Positions 26,401-39,815 of a stretch of DNA of 64,000 bases are shown here, piece by piece (the first letter of the stretch is position 1; every line of letters starts with the position of its first letter). Below the pieces are notes generated by a model. That model worked only from the letters and a program-made list of their open reading frames with translations, made no database searches and was not told the DNA's origin. Source of the DNA: Lama glama (Eukaryota). The stretch is from assembly GCA_028534125.1 (NCBI GenBank), contig CM052816.1, positions 26,660,001 through 26,724,000 on the forward strand. The letters run 5' to 3'. A program made the translations under genes and the position numbers.

Positions 26401-27025
26401 TCAGTTCCTTTAAAAATGCCCAGTAGAAAAAAAATGCCTAGTAGTCTTTGCAGAGCTGAGGTCACTGCAAAGCAGTTAGAGACTTCAGTCAACAGCAAAG
26501 CCAGAGGCTACTCTGAGCCTGGCACACACCTGCCTTTCCACAGCTGGTCCCACCTCCCATCCCAACATCCCAACATCTCCCCTGCTGAGGGTTACTGTTA
26601 CTACCCTGGTGACTCTTTGTCTACCCTCCATCAAGTTTCTGGTCCTCTCTCCTGGTCCCAGTGCTTGCTATCATCAGGGTCCCAGCAGCTGAGATTTACA
26701 CCTAGTTGTAAAGGTCAGTCAAGGTGCTACTCCTGGAAAGAACATCTGTATCTTGAGCTTTATCTTCAAGTGAGGATTAAAAGGGGGTGGTATGCCCTTT
26801 TAAAGGAATTTGAAGTACCATGGTAAAGGCTGAAGTCATTCTGGGGAGGACAAATGAAAATTCCTGGAACCCTTCTGTTGCACAGATGGTCCATTTTGGT
26901 CCTCAGTAGAAATCTGTGGTGCAGAACCAGAGCACAGGTGTCTTAGGAAGGGTAGGAGATGGGAAACAAAGGTACGTGATTCTGGGCAAGCCCAGCTCCT
27001 CTTGCAGGAGAGTTTTCTGCACACC

Positions 27026-27042
27026 CTTACCAGGGGGTGCCG
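27026..27042 (+). promoter_or_regulatory. Weaker candidate CTCF site
   Basis: CTTACCAGGGGGTGCCG resembles CCACCAGGGGGCGC. Confidence 0.3.
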
Positions 27043-28451
27043 GCAGGGCCTTTCAGCCTCACTTACATAAAGAGCCTCAAATTTAGACCTTTGAAGTCAT
27101 TTCCAAATGAGGTTATACATACAATCACAGATAGGCTGACAGGATTAAAAGAAGGCAGCCTTTGCACACTCTAAACTTGAGTCTTTGACCAGACCACACT
27201 GCCTGAAGTGAGCCATAAATTAACATTTTTATAAATCCTGTAATTAACTTATGAATAGCACAATTATATGTTTCTGGTATTAAAAGCATTCAGTTGTTAA
27301 GATAAACATTTAAAGTATACCACTGTTTTTGTAACCCTGTTTTGGCATTTTCCCCCCCATATAAAGGACCTCAAAAAATGGAAGTAGCCCAGGTCTCTAA
27401 ACAGCCCTGGTTAGGGCTTGTTAAGAAAGCTCCTTTTACACACTTAGGCCAAAGGGCTGGCAAGTGGGTTGTTGGCACTGGGACATGGTGCTTTTGCCCC
27501 AGAAAGACAGTCCTGGGGTCCCAGATAGGTAATCAAGTACACAAGGCATGATTCCCCAGAAATCCAACCAAGAGATGTAGTAAACCTGATTGTCTAGGGC
27601 ATGAGGTTTGCAAATCCTTTGGCTATGGAGGTGTGCCTAATGTCAACACCTAAAGAAAAGCAACCAACTAATTATCACGTTATTAGAAACTGCATGCTTC
27701 CTAACTTTTATACGAGACTTCTTTCCAAAGGAAGCATCTGTTGTCTGAAAAGAAAGAATGGAAAGGTATCTCTTACATCAGGGTCCATAGGAAAGTTTCA
27801 GGCAAGGCTACAAGCACCTTGAATCTCAAGAAAATGATGTACATGCATAGCAGTACACTTCCAGGAAGGACTGTAGGTCTTAGTACATTCCCAAAGAGAG
27901 TGTGTTTACATACACACATACACACAAAACTACTGCCAAATTCTACACTTTCAGACAGGAAAGTACTGAATGAAGAAATGGAGGTGAGACTCTCTGTGGA
28001 TGAGCTAGAATCCTTGAGGTCTTTTATACACTTTTGAGGAGGTTCTTGTGGTCTCTGAATTATCTGATCTCACCCTCATTTCCTGCTCTCTGAAGCTAGG
28101 GACCCTGGGCTTCCCGTGATCCCTTTATTGGATGTTCATCTTGTATTTGATTGTAACTGTGTTTCGTTATATTGGTTTTGCCTAAATCTCTGACCACATT
28201 TTCATGATCAATAGAAAAGTAAACCTCAGTAGTAAACCTATGGTTGATTTATTTCATAAGACAGATATTTTTAGCTGAAAGATCATGTAAGTGGGCCAGA
28301 TTACACCAGGCAGCTCAGTGTTACAGAATGGTGGACACTAAGCATTCTGGATTTAGTGAGTCAATGGTTATTAATATTCCAAAGCATTTCCTTTCAGCTC
28401 TGATCAAACCCTTTGATGCCACCATTTTTTCCTACTAAAAAGAAAGTATAA

Positions 28452-28573
28452 GGGGGTGGGGGTATAGATCAGTGGCAGAGCATATGCTTGGCATGCACAA
28501 GGTCCGGGTTCAATTCCCAGTGTCTCCCTTCAGGGAAAAAATAAAATAAAATAAAAATTAAGGGGAAAAAAAA
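28452..28573 (+). mobile_element. tRNA-derived SINE, Vic-1-like (camelid)
   Basis: ggggtatagatcagtggcagagcatatgcttggcatgcacaaggtccgggttcaattcccag carries A-box and B-box-like motifs, followed by an A-rich tail. Confidence 0.8.
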
Positions 28574-29169
28574 GAAACAAAGCATATAATCACACTAAAT
28601 CAGTCCGCCCAACAGAACCACTTGCTTTGTAAACTGTTTTTATAAATTAAGGCATGGTTTACCTTCCCTGGGCTTATGCGTTTATATTGGCAGATGAGCT
28701 ACAAAATAGGAACCCTGGGTTCTAATTCTGATTTAGCCTGTACTAACTTTGATGTAGATAAGTCCCTTAACCTAACTTTTCAAGTCCTACAATGTGAAGG
28801 ATGGATGTTCAATTAGATACTTTTCAGAACCCTCTAGCTCAACTTTTGTGATCCTGTGAATTGAAGACTATGTAAATATATCCTAAATATAAGTATTTGA
28901 CTGCTGGAATCCAGAAGCATAAAACCCATAACAAACATTCTGAGTCTATATAAAAATATTTCAGTGTCCAATAAGGAGGGATAAAATAACCTAACTGTAA
29001 GACATATTCTTTTGCATTAGACCTGTGCAAATTTCATGATCATTTATAGCTTCCAAGCTGGAGTGTTTATCTAAGTCAAGTTATATATTTTTCGATTCCG
29101 TGTAACTAAAAGTGAATTCAATTATGTGAACATGCAATGGATACATTCAGATTTCAGTGAAAAAGAGAC

Positions 29170-29380
29170 ACTTGTAACAGAATAGAATCAGACAGCCTGG
29201 GTCTCAGTCTGGGATTCCGCAATTAGGAGCTGTGTCATCCTGGGCAAAACATGTATCTCATTTGTAAGATGAGGAAGATGGGAATGCAACTTCAAAAGGT
29301 TTCTGTGAGGATGAAATGAGATAATCTATATTAATGCCTGACACGTAGTAAGTGCTCAAGAAATATCATTATCATTGCTT
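29170..29380 (+). mobile_element. MIR SINE
   Basis: gaatcagacagcctggg...gctgtgtcatcctgggcaa...gtgaggatgaaatgagataat...gtaagtgctcaa. Confidence 0.8.
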
Positions 29381-31655
29381 TTTTACTTGTGGGTTTGGAT
29401 TTTCCTTTCCAAAAGAAATTTCCTTCTTCTTCAATATTTCTGAAAAACTAAGGACAGAAGAAAATGACCAAGAATTTTCAACCCTTGCGTATCATGTGGT
29501 AAGTGCAACTGGGCGGAGCAGGAATGTAATTTCAGCTGTGTGACTTAGAGCAAGTTGTTTAATATCTCCAAGTTCACTTCCTCATGTGTAAAACGAGAAC
29601 AATAGGCGGTGCAAGGACTGAGAGAAATGAAGCACATATCAAGGGCTGAAAATAGTGGTGGATGCGCAGCTACAGAAAAGAATTACTAGAAAAATAAAAC
29701 TTTTTTTCTGTAGTTCAGTAACCCCATTATCTTAAATACCAAAAGCACCAAAGAATAACACATTTTGAAAAACCTCTGAACAATTGTTTTGAATTAAAAA
29801 GATAAATGCCAAGGTACTCAATGACGTTTAAAATATTACCTGGGGCATATTCAGGCTTCAAAATAAATTTCCAAATCATCTCAGTTTTATCTCATTTTAT
29901 TGAACCATATCGTATTGCTTTTGGGGTTAAAATAATACTTTATAGGGGAAAAATACTACTACTTCTAAAGCCTCAAAAGAATCAGAATTTGATATATTTA
30001 TTTTGCAGAACAATTCTGAGCTTGGAATATAATTACTCAAAACTGGGTTATAAAACCGAAGAAACTTCACAGAATTTATGTTTTTCTCTATCTCAACAGA
30101 AATATCTAGTTCCTATAATCACCTTTGTAACAACTACCAGAATTAACCCTAAAAAAAAATTGACTTGATTCAAAAAATTTTTTTACCTTAGCATCTGAGG
30201 TTCAATTTAAATGGCAGGACATGTCTGATGAAAGAATAGGCCAATAAAAAATGTCAGAAATAATAATACCTGTAACTATAATTTGTTTAAGAATTAACAG
30301 TTTGCCTTCTCTTGATCAGTAAACTATTTATAAACCAAAGTCCCAGCAAGAGTAAATATGCATAACAATTCCATGCACCAGAGGGAAGACTGGATACAAA
30401 GATTCTGTCTCATTCATAACACCCATTTCTTAGACCTCTGCTTTCATTAGAAAGTAGAATTATAGTCTTACCAAGATACGTGTGACTAATTAAGGGTATT
30501 TTTCCTATAAATCATCTTTACATTTTTTTGCAATAAATTAAATACATATCAAATTCTACATGGCATAATTAAAACCCAACAAATTTTTTCTTTAAATTGA
30601 ATAATTTTGTCCTGCTAAGCTGCACAAATCCTGACTAGTTTGTACATTTTTGCTTTCAAGGATGTAATGTGACCATTGGAGATGTTACATCATGTAAATA
30701 AATTTCAAAGATGGTATTAATATAAAAACTATATCATATAACCCTAAAAATTTAATATAGTTGCCACGGCAATAACCAGGTCATTTTTCCAAGCAAATAT
30801 ATATTCCATCATGTCATTTTGAACTTTTTCTGACCTTTTTTTCTAAAGAAAGAAAACTACAATTGAGACCAAATGTTTTGTGAAAGAAAATACGGCAAGC
30901 CAATTTGGCCCAGCACAGATAATTTCAGATTAAAGATGTTCTTATATCTTAGCACTTATACCATTTTTTTCAGAAGCATAGTAATTATGAGACAATTATC
31001 TGGAATTATGATGTCACTAAGGAAATCTATAAGCTTGCAATTGTGCTCAAAGTATTTTTTGAATCATTTTGAATCATTTAAATCAGTCAAACTGTGACTA
31101 CCAATTACACAGCTCCTTCTAAAACAACTCAAATGCAGGGCTCACTGCAGTTTGAAATTAAGGCTCCAATTATGTCAGCATCTTGCCACAAACAAATTAC
31201 AAAAAAAGCTTATATCAAATAAAGGGCATTCCTGCAGCATCCTTTTTGCCACCCATCTTTCCACCTTCCGGGTCATCCTCCTCCATCACTCAGCTAATCC
31301 TCATGCTCCTCTCTCTCCTACTGAGTTCATCTCATGCTGATTCCAGAATCTCTGCCTTCCTTCAGTTCAACTCTGCACCTGTAATAAACCCAAAGTCCCC
31401 AAATTCCCACATTTTAAGCAGTGGTTGGATCAGTCAATGGAATCAAAACAGTAGGTGCAGTGAACTTACAGAAAAAAGTCACCAGGGTCCAACACAGCCT
31501 GCATACACTAAGGGAGACTTGTGTCCCCAAGGATGGGTTCAGCACATACCAGTAAGGAAGTGACTCTCCAAAGACCCTTTCAAGAAAGACAAAGACACTA
31601 TGGCCCTCACTGTCCGTATCCTCCTCTCTTTCAAGCTCACTGTAGCAAACTAGAT

Positions 31656-31679
31656 ACACACACACACACACACACACAC
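31656..31679. repeat. (AC)12 microsatellite
   Basis: Direct read. Confidence 0.95.
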
Positions 31680-32041
31680 TCTTACCAAAAAAATGGATGC
31701 TTATTTAATAATATACTAGTGAGACCTAACTTTCACTAAATATTATCTGTAAACTCCCAGCTGTGCTCCTTCTGAATCACCCACATGAAGAGATGAGTTC
31801 ACAGACCACCTACAAAAAAACTGGCTTTCAGAATCTACCAACGGATTCCAAATTACACTTTAAAGCTGATTTGAGTCAGGCGAGACCTCTAGTTTGAAGG
31901 ATAATTGACAACATCTCTTTTTTCTTATTTGTCAAAGAACTACGAATTTAATACTAGAATTTCATTCATTTAAAAAATGATCTAGTGCACTTTAAAGGAG
32001 GGGGAGACGGAGACATGGTGCTTAACAAGGGTTGGTAAGAG

Positions 32042-32250
32042 ACACAAACTACTATATATAAAATAGGTAAACAACGAAGACCTACAGTACAGCACAGGGA
32101 ACTATATTCAGTATCTTACAGTAACCTATAATGGAAAAGAATCTGAAAAAGAATATATGTGTGTGTATCTATATATATCTATCTGAATCACTTCCCTGTA
32201 CACCTGAAACTAACACAACTTTGTAAATCAACTAGATTTCAATTTTTAAG
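32042..32250 (+). mobile_element. 5'-truncated L1 (cetartiodactyl-type 3' UTR) with target-site duplication
   Basis: acagcacagggaactatattcagtatc...ctgtacacctgaaactaacacaac. 15-bp TSD aagggttggtaagag (32027-32041) / aagggttgttaagag (32252-32266), one mismatch. Confidence 0.9.
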
Positions 32251-33009
32251 AAAGGGTTGTTAAGAGCCCTTTCACTCCTCTCCATGAGACCAGCTGACAT
32301 TTCCAATGGCTTTCCTCCATGCCTTCAAAAACAAACAGCAAACAGCACAAATAACAGCAACAAAACCAAACATGTGCTATCTAATATGCCCAAATCTTGA
32401 GCGTTCTGATTATGTCTGCTTTGCTTTAAAAAATGTGACCTATCAAAATCCACATTAACAAGCCATAAAGGGGTGATTTTGTTTGACAAAAAGCTTTGCT
32501 AGTTTTCCTTAGAATATTCGACTTCGGCAGAGCCCTAAAAGATAACTCAAATAAACCAAATTTAAAGTATTTTACAACATTTCAAAAATACAGCTACTGG
32601 GTGAAAGAAGGTTTACCTGCATGTGCACAGATAAAGAGAAGAGATGATACAGTCGCTTCCCAATCTTTGCTGAAAGTGAATGAGTAAATGTCTATCTACT
32701 TGTGATAAGATAGCCCGCTATCAGAGCCACTCCTGACATTTTGGTTTTCATATCTGCCTTTTCCTTCTAAAGTGCGTTTCACACTTCCCTCAGCCTGTGC
32801 AACTGCCAGGAATACTGCTTCCCTTTGCACTTAGAATTCCAGAACAGGACGTCATATGGTTAATCAGTAGCCATTTACTCATTTTTTGGTTCCTAGAATA
32901 GGAAAAACTCCTTAGGCTGAAGAAGTCTCTTATCTTCGGGCATATAATCATGAATTTTTAAAAAGATCTTTTTTTACAAGAAATTGACTACATTTAATTT
33001 CTCATAATG

Positions 33010-33133
33010 AGCCATAATGGAAAAGAAACTGAAAAAAAATATGAATTTATGTATATGTATAACAAAATTGCTTTGCTGTACACCTGAAACTAATACTGTA
33101 AATTAACTACACTTCAATAAAAAATAATAATAA
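33010..33133 (+). mobile_element. L1 3' end (cetartiodactyl-type)
   Basis: ataatggaaaagaa...gctttgctgtacacctgaaactaat...acttcaataaaaaa. Confidence 0.8.
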
Positions 33134-33151
33134 ACAGATTCTTTTTAAAGA

Positions 33152-33277
33152 TTTTTGTTTGTTTGTTTGAGGAGGGTAATTAGATTTTTTTTTTTAACAG
33201 AGGTCCTGGGAATAGAACACCCAGGACTCCGTGTAAGCTAAGCACGCACTCTACCAGTGAGCAACGCCTCCCTCCCC
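33152..33277 (-). mobile_element. tRNA-derived SINE, Vic-1-like (camelid)
   Basis: Reverse strand: ggggagggaggcgttgctcactggtagagtgcgtgcttagc...gtcctgggtgttctattccc...ctaattaccctcc followed by an (aaac)n tail. Confidence 0.8.
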
Positions 33278-33929
33278 TCAAAAAAGATCTTGAATCATAG
33301 AAAACCATGTGGGCTTCACATAGTTCTGGCCTCTGTCAGTATCTGAAAGGGACCAGGATGAACCTAGAACAGCACGATTTCCCCATACCTCGGTGTCAGC
33401 ATTAATGATTTTTGCTTTATCTTTACACTGCCTTTACCATTACCTACTTGATATTCTTTCTAAAATGACTTTAATTCAACTTGTTTATGTTACTTAGCCT
33501 CAGCATAAGCAATAAGATTTACAAAATTGTGAGTTTGTTGTATACTACCAATGTTACTACTTTAAAACTACGATCTAGTAATAAGTTTAATACTACTAAT
33601 CAAGTTTTATTAAAAACACTTTTCTGTATGCTGCCTAAAATTATTTTAAATACAACAGCTCTGCCCTGGTTATGTGCACCGTGAGGTGTGCAATTTCAAA
33701 CTCTGTGGATCTCCTGGTTTGTTCATCCTTAAGTAAAATGTCAGGGTAACCTCGTCTCTTCTAAATTCTAAAATGTGATTCCAGGATTCCTAGACTGATC
33801 TGCACAGTCATCCAACAAAGGAAGTCAGAGCAGAACCAGCTTCAGATCTTGGGTTTCTCAATTCCCATTTCAGTGCTCCTTCATTCTCATTTCACCATGC
33901 ACACAAGTGTGCAAGTGGTTTGCAAATGA

Positions 33930-34165
33930 ACATATTGGGAAGTGATAGCAAACATCTACCTTGTGCTTATCTTGTGCCAAGGATCGTTCTGCCACTGCAC
34001 CATATGTGATCTCACTTAATCCTCACAATCATCCTTTAACCTATTTCACAGATAGGAAACTGAGGCATGAAGAGAAGTCATGTGTACAAGATTTTAGGGT
34101 TTGGTAGGAAGTGATGTAGCTGGGAACTGGAGCCCCAGGAGACTGGCATGGGCTTTGACCACCAC
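33930..34165 (-). mobile_element. MIR SINE
   Basis: atctcacttaatcctcacaat...tttcacagataggaaactgaggc. Confidence 0.75.
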
Positions 34166-37100
34166 ATCACACTATGAATTGGGGGTGCTCCTCAGCTGCT
34201 GAGGTTCCCAAGCACACTTTGCTGATGGAATCCTGAAGATGTGAGGAGAGCAGCAGGAGAGGCAGAGAGAGCACCAAAATGTAACATGGAAAGTGAACAA
34301 CAGCTGAAAAATGATAAGGAAACCGAAAAGAAATCCACTGCATAAACCTGCCTAAATTTACCATAAATGGTAATACTAAACCTTTTAATAACACTATGAT
34401 CAACCGAAAAAAAAAAACACACAACAATTCAAATAACATTACATCCCTGTCTTCCCCCCACCCCCCCAAAATGATTAATTCCGAAAAGAAAAATTGGGGC
34501 TAAAATGTTCCAAAGTGGAGTCAAATGTACTAAATGTATTTATAGTCTCTTAGATTTACTGACTACTTAAAATAGTTTGCAACTAGGTTATTTTTTTTAT
34601 CTATATTTTCATTCTTTCTACAAAAGAACAGCAAATAGTAACAGAAACCCTTTGACTGGCCTCTTGGGTATCTACTTTGTGAAACAGTCTACTGTATTGG
34701 GTGAATAAGGTCGTATATCTCACTGCCAGTCTTGGCCAACATGAACCCTATGAACACATTAAAACAATTAGGGCAGAAATAAAATAGAAGTGGTATGTTT
34801 CACTTTGGGCCTATGTAGGTCACATGACAGCATGCAACATGTCAAGGAATACACTGAAAGTTGTAGTCATATGATCATAGTCTAAAAACTGAAATGGAAT
34901 GATTTCCAAAAGGAGATAAAGGACTGACTTCATAGTGTGATGAGACTGAAAATATAGCCTTATAATTTAAATCTTCCCCGAAAGTCTCACAAGAAACCTC
35001 AGTCACTCTCACATCACAGAGACCTCTGAAAACTCATGAATAACAGCACAACAGTGAGACTTGACCTAACAAGAAAGTTTCACTTTTATTTTAAGATTGT
35101 AGACCATCTGCAAATATAATTTTAATACTTTAATTTCCTTCACTTAGTGAGAATGAGAAAGTAATAAAAAATTGAAAAAATATCCCAGGGCAATGTGACA
35201 GTTAACAAAACAAACTAATGAAACTCTAAAATAATTACGTTGAACTCTGCTGTCCAAATGGACTGGTCTGGTTATTTTACTATTTGTATAACATGAATAA
35301 ATGTGTGTGGGGGTGCATGAATAGATTCTAAGGAATTTAGAAATTCATCCAAAATCCAGCAGTTTGAGATGACTTAATAAGTTTGATAATAGAATACAGA
35401 AACTTTAATTCTTAAATCATTTGTTTTATTTCAAAGCAGTCAGGGGTAATTAATCAGCTTTAGTAATAGTTTAGTGGCTTAGATTTGGTTCCTGGAGCTC
35501 TGGGTTAGAGAGGTGAGCGTGATTAGGGGTAGTTTTGCATTACCAACTTCCTATCTATAGCAACCATTCAAGGACACACCCTAAACTTTTATTAAATCCA
35601 CGGGTCTTTAATATGAAGCTGAAATGCAGCCCTTGGACATGAACACAGAGTAGGGCCACTTTAGTGGAGAAACTCCTGCATTCACTCTTGCAGCCAGCGG
35701 TGTCTTTCTGATTTTCTTTTGTTTTGGGGAACAGTCTTAGCTTTTTCAGCACAATGAATTTCACAATCCTATATTATCTTAAAGATGTTCCATAAATACT
35801 TTTAACTACACTGCTGATCTCTAATCCTTCCTCTGTTAGGATGAGTAAAATGTTTTCAATCCACATAAGCAGTATCCAAGTTCATATGCCATCACTCTGC
35901 ACTTGTGTAGAACTTTACTGTTTTCAGATACTTTCATATATGTTACCTCACTATAGTTTACAGCCTCTGGAAACCATCTAACAATTGCTAATTCTAGGAT
36001 GACCATGATCTTTCAAATCAAGACAACCACAGAGATTTGTTTTCAGCAGAAGTTTTTAATTACTTAATAGGGATCAGTCAGTTTTTCTTAAAGGATATTT
36101 TGCCTCTTTTCATACATTTATTTGGTATGATCTAGGTGTACTCCTCTCCTGCACAGGCTAAATATGTCAATCACTGTAGGTTAAATGTCCCTGCATTGCA
36201 ATGTGATTACCTTCTCAAAACTGATGTCTTCTATAATGTTCTATTACACATCTCTATGTGTGGAGCAATAACTGGTGAAGAACCAATTTATGGAAATGTA
36301 CTCAAAGAATTAATTCCTGGGAGCTAAACCACATAGACTGTTTAGGAGAAATCCTAACTGTAAATGATTGGTGGAGATGTGAGGTTAATAATTTTTATGT
36401 CTGTTTACAGTTATTTTGGCTCAATTCATTTAATGAATCCATTTTATGACAAACACATGAACAAGTTCAGGTCCTTTCAAAAATAAATTCACACATGTTC
36501 ATAAATTAGCTTTCTGTGTGTGCTACTACAATTTAAAATACATAAAGTTTAAAATGCTTTTAAGTAGATGAGGGGCATCTAAATCTATCTTCTTAAACCA
36601 ATTCATGTATTGTTAACAGACTGTACCAACCCTCTTCATTAAAGTAAGCTTAATCTATCACCTTGAAATTAACACAGACAATTTTCACTTGTTTCTTCTA
36701 GATGCTAGTTTGAAGTACTAAAATAAATATCTCTTAAAAAATTTAACTGATTTTGAATGCCTCCACATTCTTTTTGGTGTTATGTTTTAGAGCTCAATTC
36801 TCCAATAATTAAGGCCATTACAACTGTTAAGAAAAAGAGAACAAGGAAACCAAATGCAGTGGTAAAATCATGCTAGGAAAAATATTATGTAAATCTCACA
36901 TTTATTTTTCAGATACGTTCCGAGTTTTTACAAGGCGAAAAGAACTACAGCTTGGCTGACAATGAGATAAAGATCTCTGGTAAAAGGACAAAGTGACTTT
37001 GAGTTGCTTGAACTATTTATAAAGAAGTAACCCAAAAGTTGGTAAAGTGATCCTTAACTGGTTTGATTAAAAGAGGGTAATTAATAAATGACAAGACAAA

Positions 37101-39352
37101 ATAAAAAGTTCATTGTGGCATTTGATAAACCACCCAAGAAGTTAAATCAATGCTTTTCTGTTTAATTTCACTATTTGTTTTTCCATTTGAGTTGCCAATT
37201 TTTTTAACATGTTACAGAAGGAAAAGAAACTTTCCCTTTTAGTGTTTTGATTGATAAACATCACAGATTTTTGTTTCAACTCAACTCAACTTTTTCAAGA
37301 TGATCCTTGCATTTTGCTGTCACACTTCTGGTGAAGCCATTATTCCATCAAAACTCTTTAAATACCACCCCCCCTTTTTTAGCTACTTTGACAAGAACAC
37401 CATAACAGTTCACATCACCCTTGACCTTCAGGGTGTATATCATCTTGTCAACATATAAACAAACACACTATTGGTTGTGTTTTAATAGATTTTGTAAATA
37501 TCAAGATCCAATTTATCAAAAGGTTCACCCTAAGTGACAGCTCTGAAGTTCTGGATTGTATTTGCCATGCTAATTACAGCTTTTGGTGAAAAAAGATATT
37601 TGGGTTGTGTTTTGTTCTTTCGTCTCTCTTTTTTTTTTAAAGTATAATAAGCTACCAGAACTATTCTTTTTTTGTCCTTTTCTATGATGAAAGCTCTGCC
37701 TCTGATTCCATTTCAAAAGGAGAAAACTACCAGTACTATCAAAGGTGGTTATTTCTCTCAGTTATAGGAGGAGCATACATGTTTGTACAGGAAGAGTTTA
37801 TATGAGATTCCTACTCTCTCCTTAGTTTGGCAAAATGTATAACCTACAATAATGAGAGTATTTTGTTTTAAATTGAAAAGGAGATAATGACAAAGATGAT
37901 TAACACTATTTCTGCAATTAAGTCATGATTTTCTTTTTACTTGCGTATTTATAGCCACCTTACACTAGGTGTCACTGACCTTGTTTCTTCTCTCTAAAAC
38001 ATAAGATGTGTTATCAATATCCTGTGTCCTCTCTCCTTGCAAGGCCCTTTACTAGGGAGATAATTATAGCAATAGTCTACATTTCCAGGGTTTGGAGAAT
38101 TGGATGGACAGTATGTTCTATTCGTCAGAAAAGAGTCTTCTAGATAATATTTGTCAAAGATAACATGGAAGAGTTTAACAAAGTTCAACAACTGTAAAGC
38201 TGTAATATGTACGTGCTGGCAAAACAGGATAAAATTAACAAAAGCTAATATATCTGAGAGACAAAATGTTAAATAAGTAATTGAAGCCTCTACAATACTG
38301 ATGTTAAGGAAAGGCAGGGGTCTGTAAGAGATAACCTGTGTATACACACATGTGTGTACAACCACAATTCTACCATTGTAGAAATCATCCTTGGAAACTA
38401 TCTTGTGTAGGCACATGTCTTTGAGTCTAGGCCAACCACTTAGCCCCAAACACTGATGCATTTAGAAACATTCAAAGCTTCCTGAAATGTCAACACACTT
38501 TGAGAGTGCTCCACCAGAGATATGGGGGTGATATACCTGCTCTTGTGAAAAACTAAACAAGGAAACCCATTAGAAACTACTTACAGAACATCCAGGATTT
38601 GGAAACTGCTCTTTGATAAGTTAGGAAGAGGAAGCCAACAAAAACCCCCAAGTAACTTCTTGTTACTTGGACAGAGGAATTTGTTTACCCTGCTTATGTG
38701 AAGGCTGAGACTGCCACAATTCTAATTTTGAAAGGCCTGAGATGTTTCTACACCTCCATGCACCCTGTGTGTTAATGGATGAGATTCTTAGTGCTGAAAA
38801 TACTACGATTTAGGAATTTAGCTCGAGTAATAGACAAAGGAAATTTGGGTCTCTCCACATGAGTATTTCTAAGTATAACATCAAGAAAGCTAACGTACAA
38901 GCGTGATGACTCTACTTAATAATACTGTACTGATAACGTGTGCAAAGTGCACAGAACAATGCCTGACACATGGTAAATGCTGTTAATATTAATAACGATC
39001 ACTTTTAACATAATGAACAGAATATAGCAGTGTGGAATACTATGTGCTGTTAAAAATAAATACAAGTGGAACTGCAGCTGGGTCAACTTCTCAGACGATC
39101 TCTTGAGAGAATTAGTAACTGCTTATTGACTATCATTTGGCTCAAAGGCAATTTTTAATCTCAATACTATAAATACTCTAATGGAACACATGGAACTTTT
39201 ATCATTTTTTAAAAATCCCTAAATAAACGAGAGAACTTAAATACAGTCATTACAAAAAGAGATTCTCTGTGTCTGATTCTAATCCAAAAACATACATGCA
39301 CTGCTGCATATATTAAGAAATTAGTTATTCCCCATGCTTGAAGATTTCCTGA

Positions 39353-39505
39353 NNNNNNNNNNNNNNNNNNNNNNNNNNNNNNNNNNNNNNNNNNNNNNNN
39401 NNNNNNNNNNNNNNNNNNNNNNNNNNNNNNNNNNNNNNNNNNNNNNNNNNNNNNNNNNNNNNNNNNNNNNNNNNNNNNNNNNNNNNNNNNNNNNNNNNNN
39501 NNNNN
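39353..39505. other. N gap
   Basis: Run of N. Confidence 0.95.
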
Positions 39506-39624
39506 GTTTAATAAACAGGAATTGCTTAGGTTTGAAATACTAGATTTTTCTGATTCTCTCTGGCTTCAATCCTAAGTGCAGCAGAACTTCAACCTCTAGA
39601 TTTTTTTGAAAATGCAATAAAGGG

Positions 39625-39815
39625 AAGCAAACATTTACTGAGACCCTACCATGTGACAAGCAACAAGCTTCATTTACATAACTGAGTTGTACTGAATTCT
39701 TATCCAAGTTAGAGAAGACTGGCATTCTTCACTGACAAATGAGAAAACTGAAGCTAAGGAAAGTTAACAGTGACTTTCCCAAAGTCACACAAAGTGGAGT
39801 CAGGATCTGAACAAC
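39625..39815 (-). mobile_element. MIR SINE
   Basis: acatttactgag...gacaaatgagaaaactgaagct...gtgactttcccaaagtcacac. Confidence 0.7.

Noticed and set aside
26374-26826. 150-aa ORF
   Set aside because: Starts within an L1 fragment, has no recognisable domain and lacks coding-like composition.
28452-28530. tRNA gene
   Set aside because: Degenerate stems and an A-rich tail indicate a tRNA-derived SINE, not a functional tRNA.
30187-30269. Minus-strand exon-like segment (ttacag...ctaag|gtaaaa)
   Set aside because: All three frames contain stops and the pyrimidine tract is weak; there is no support as a coding exon.
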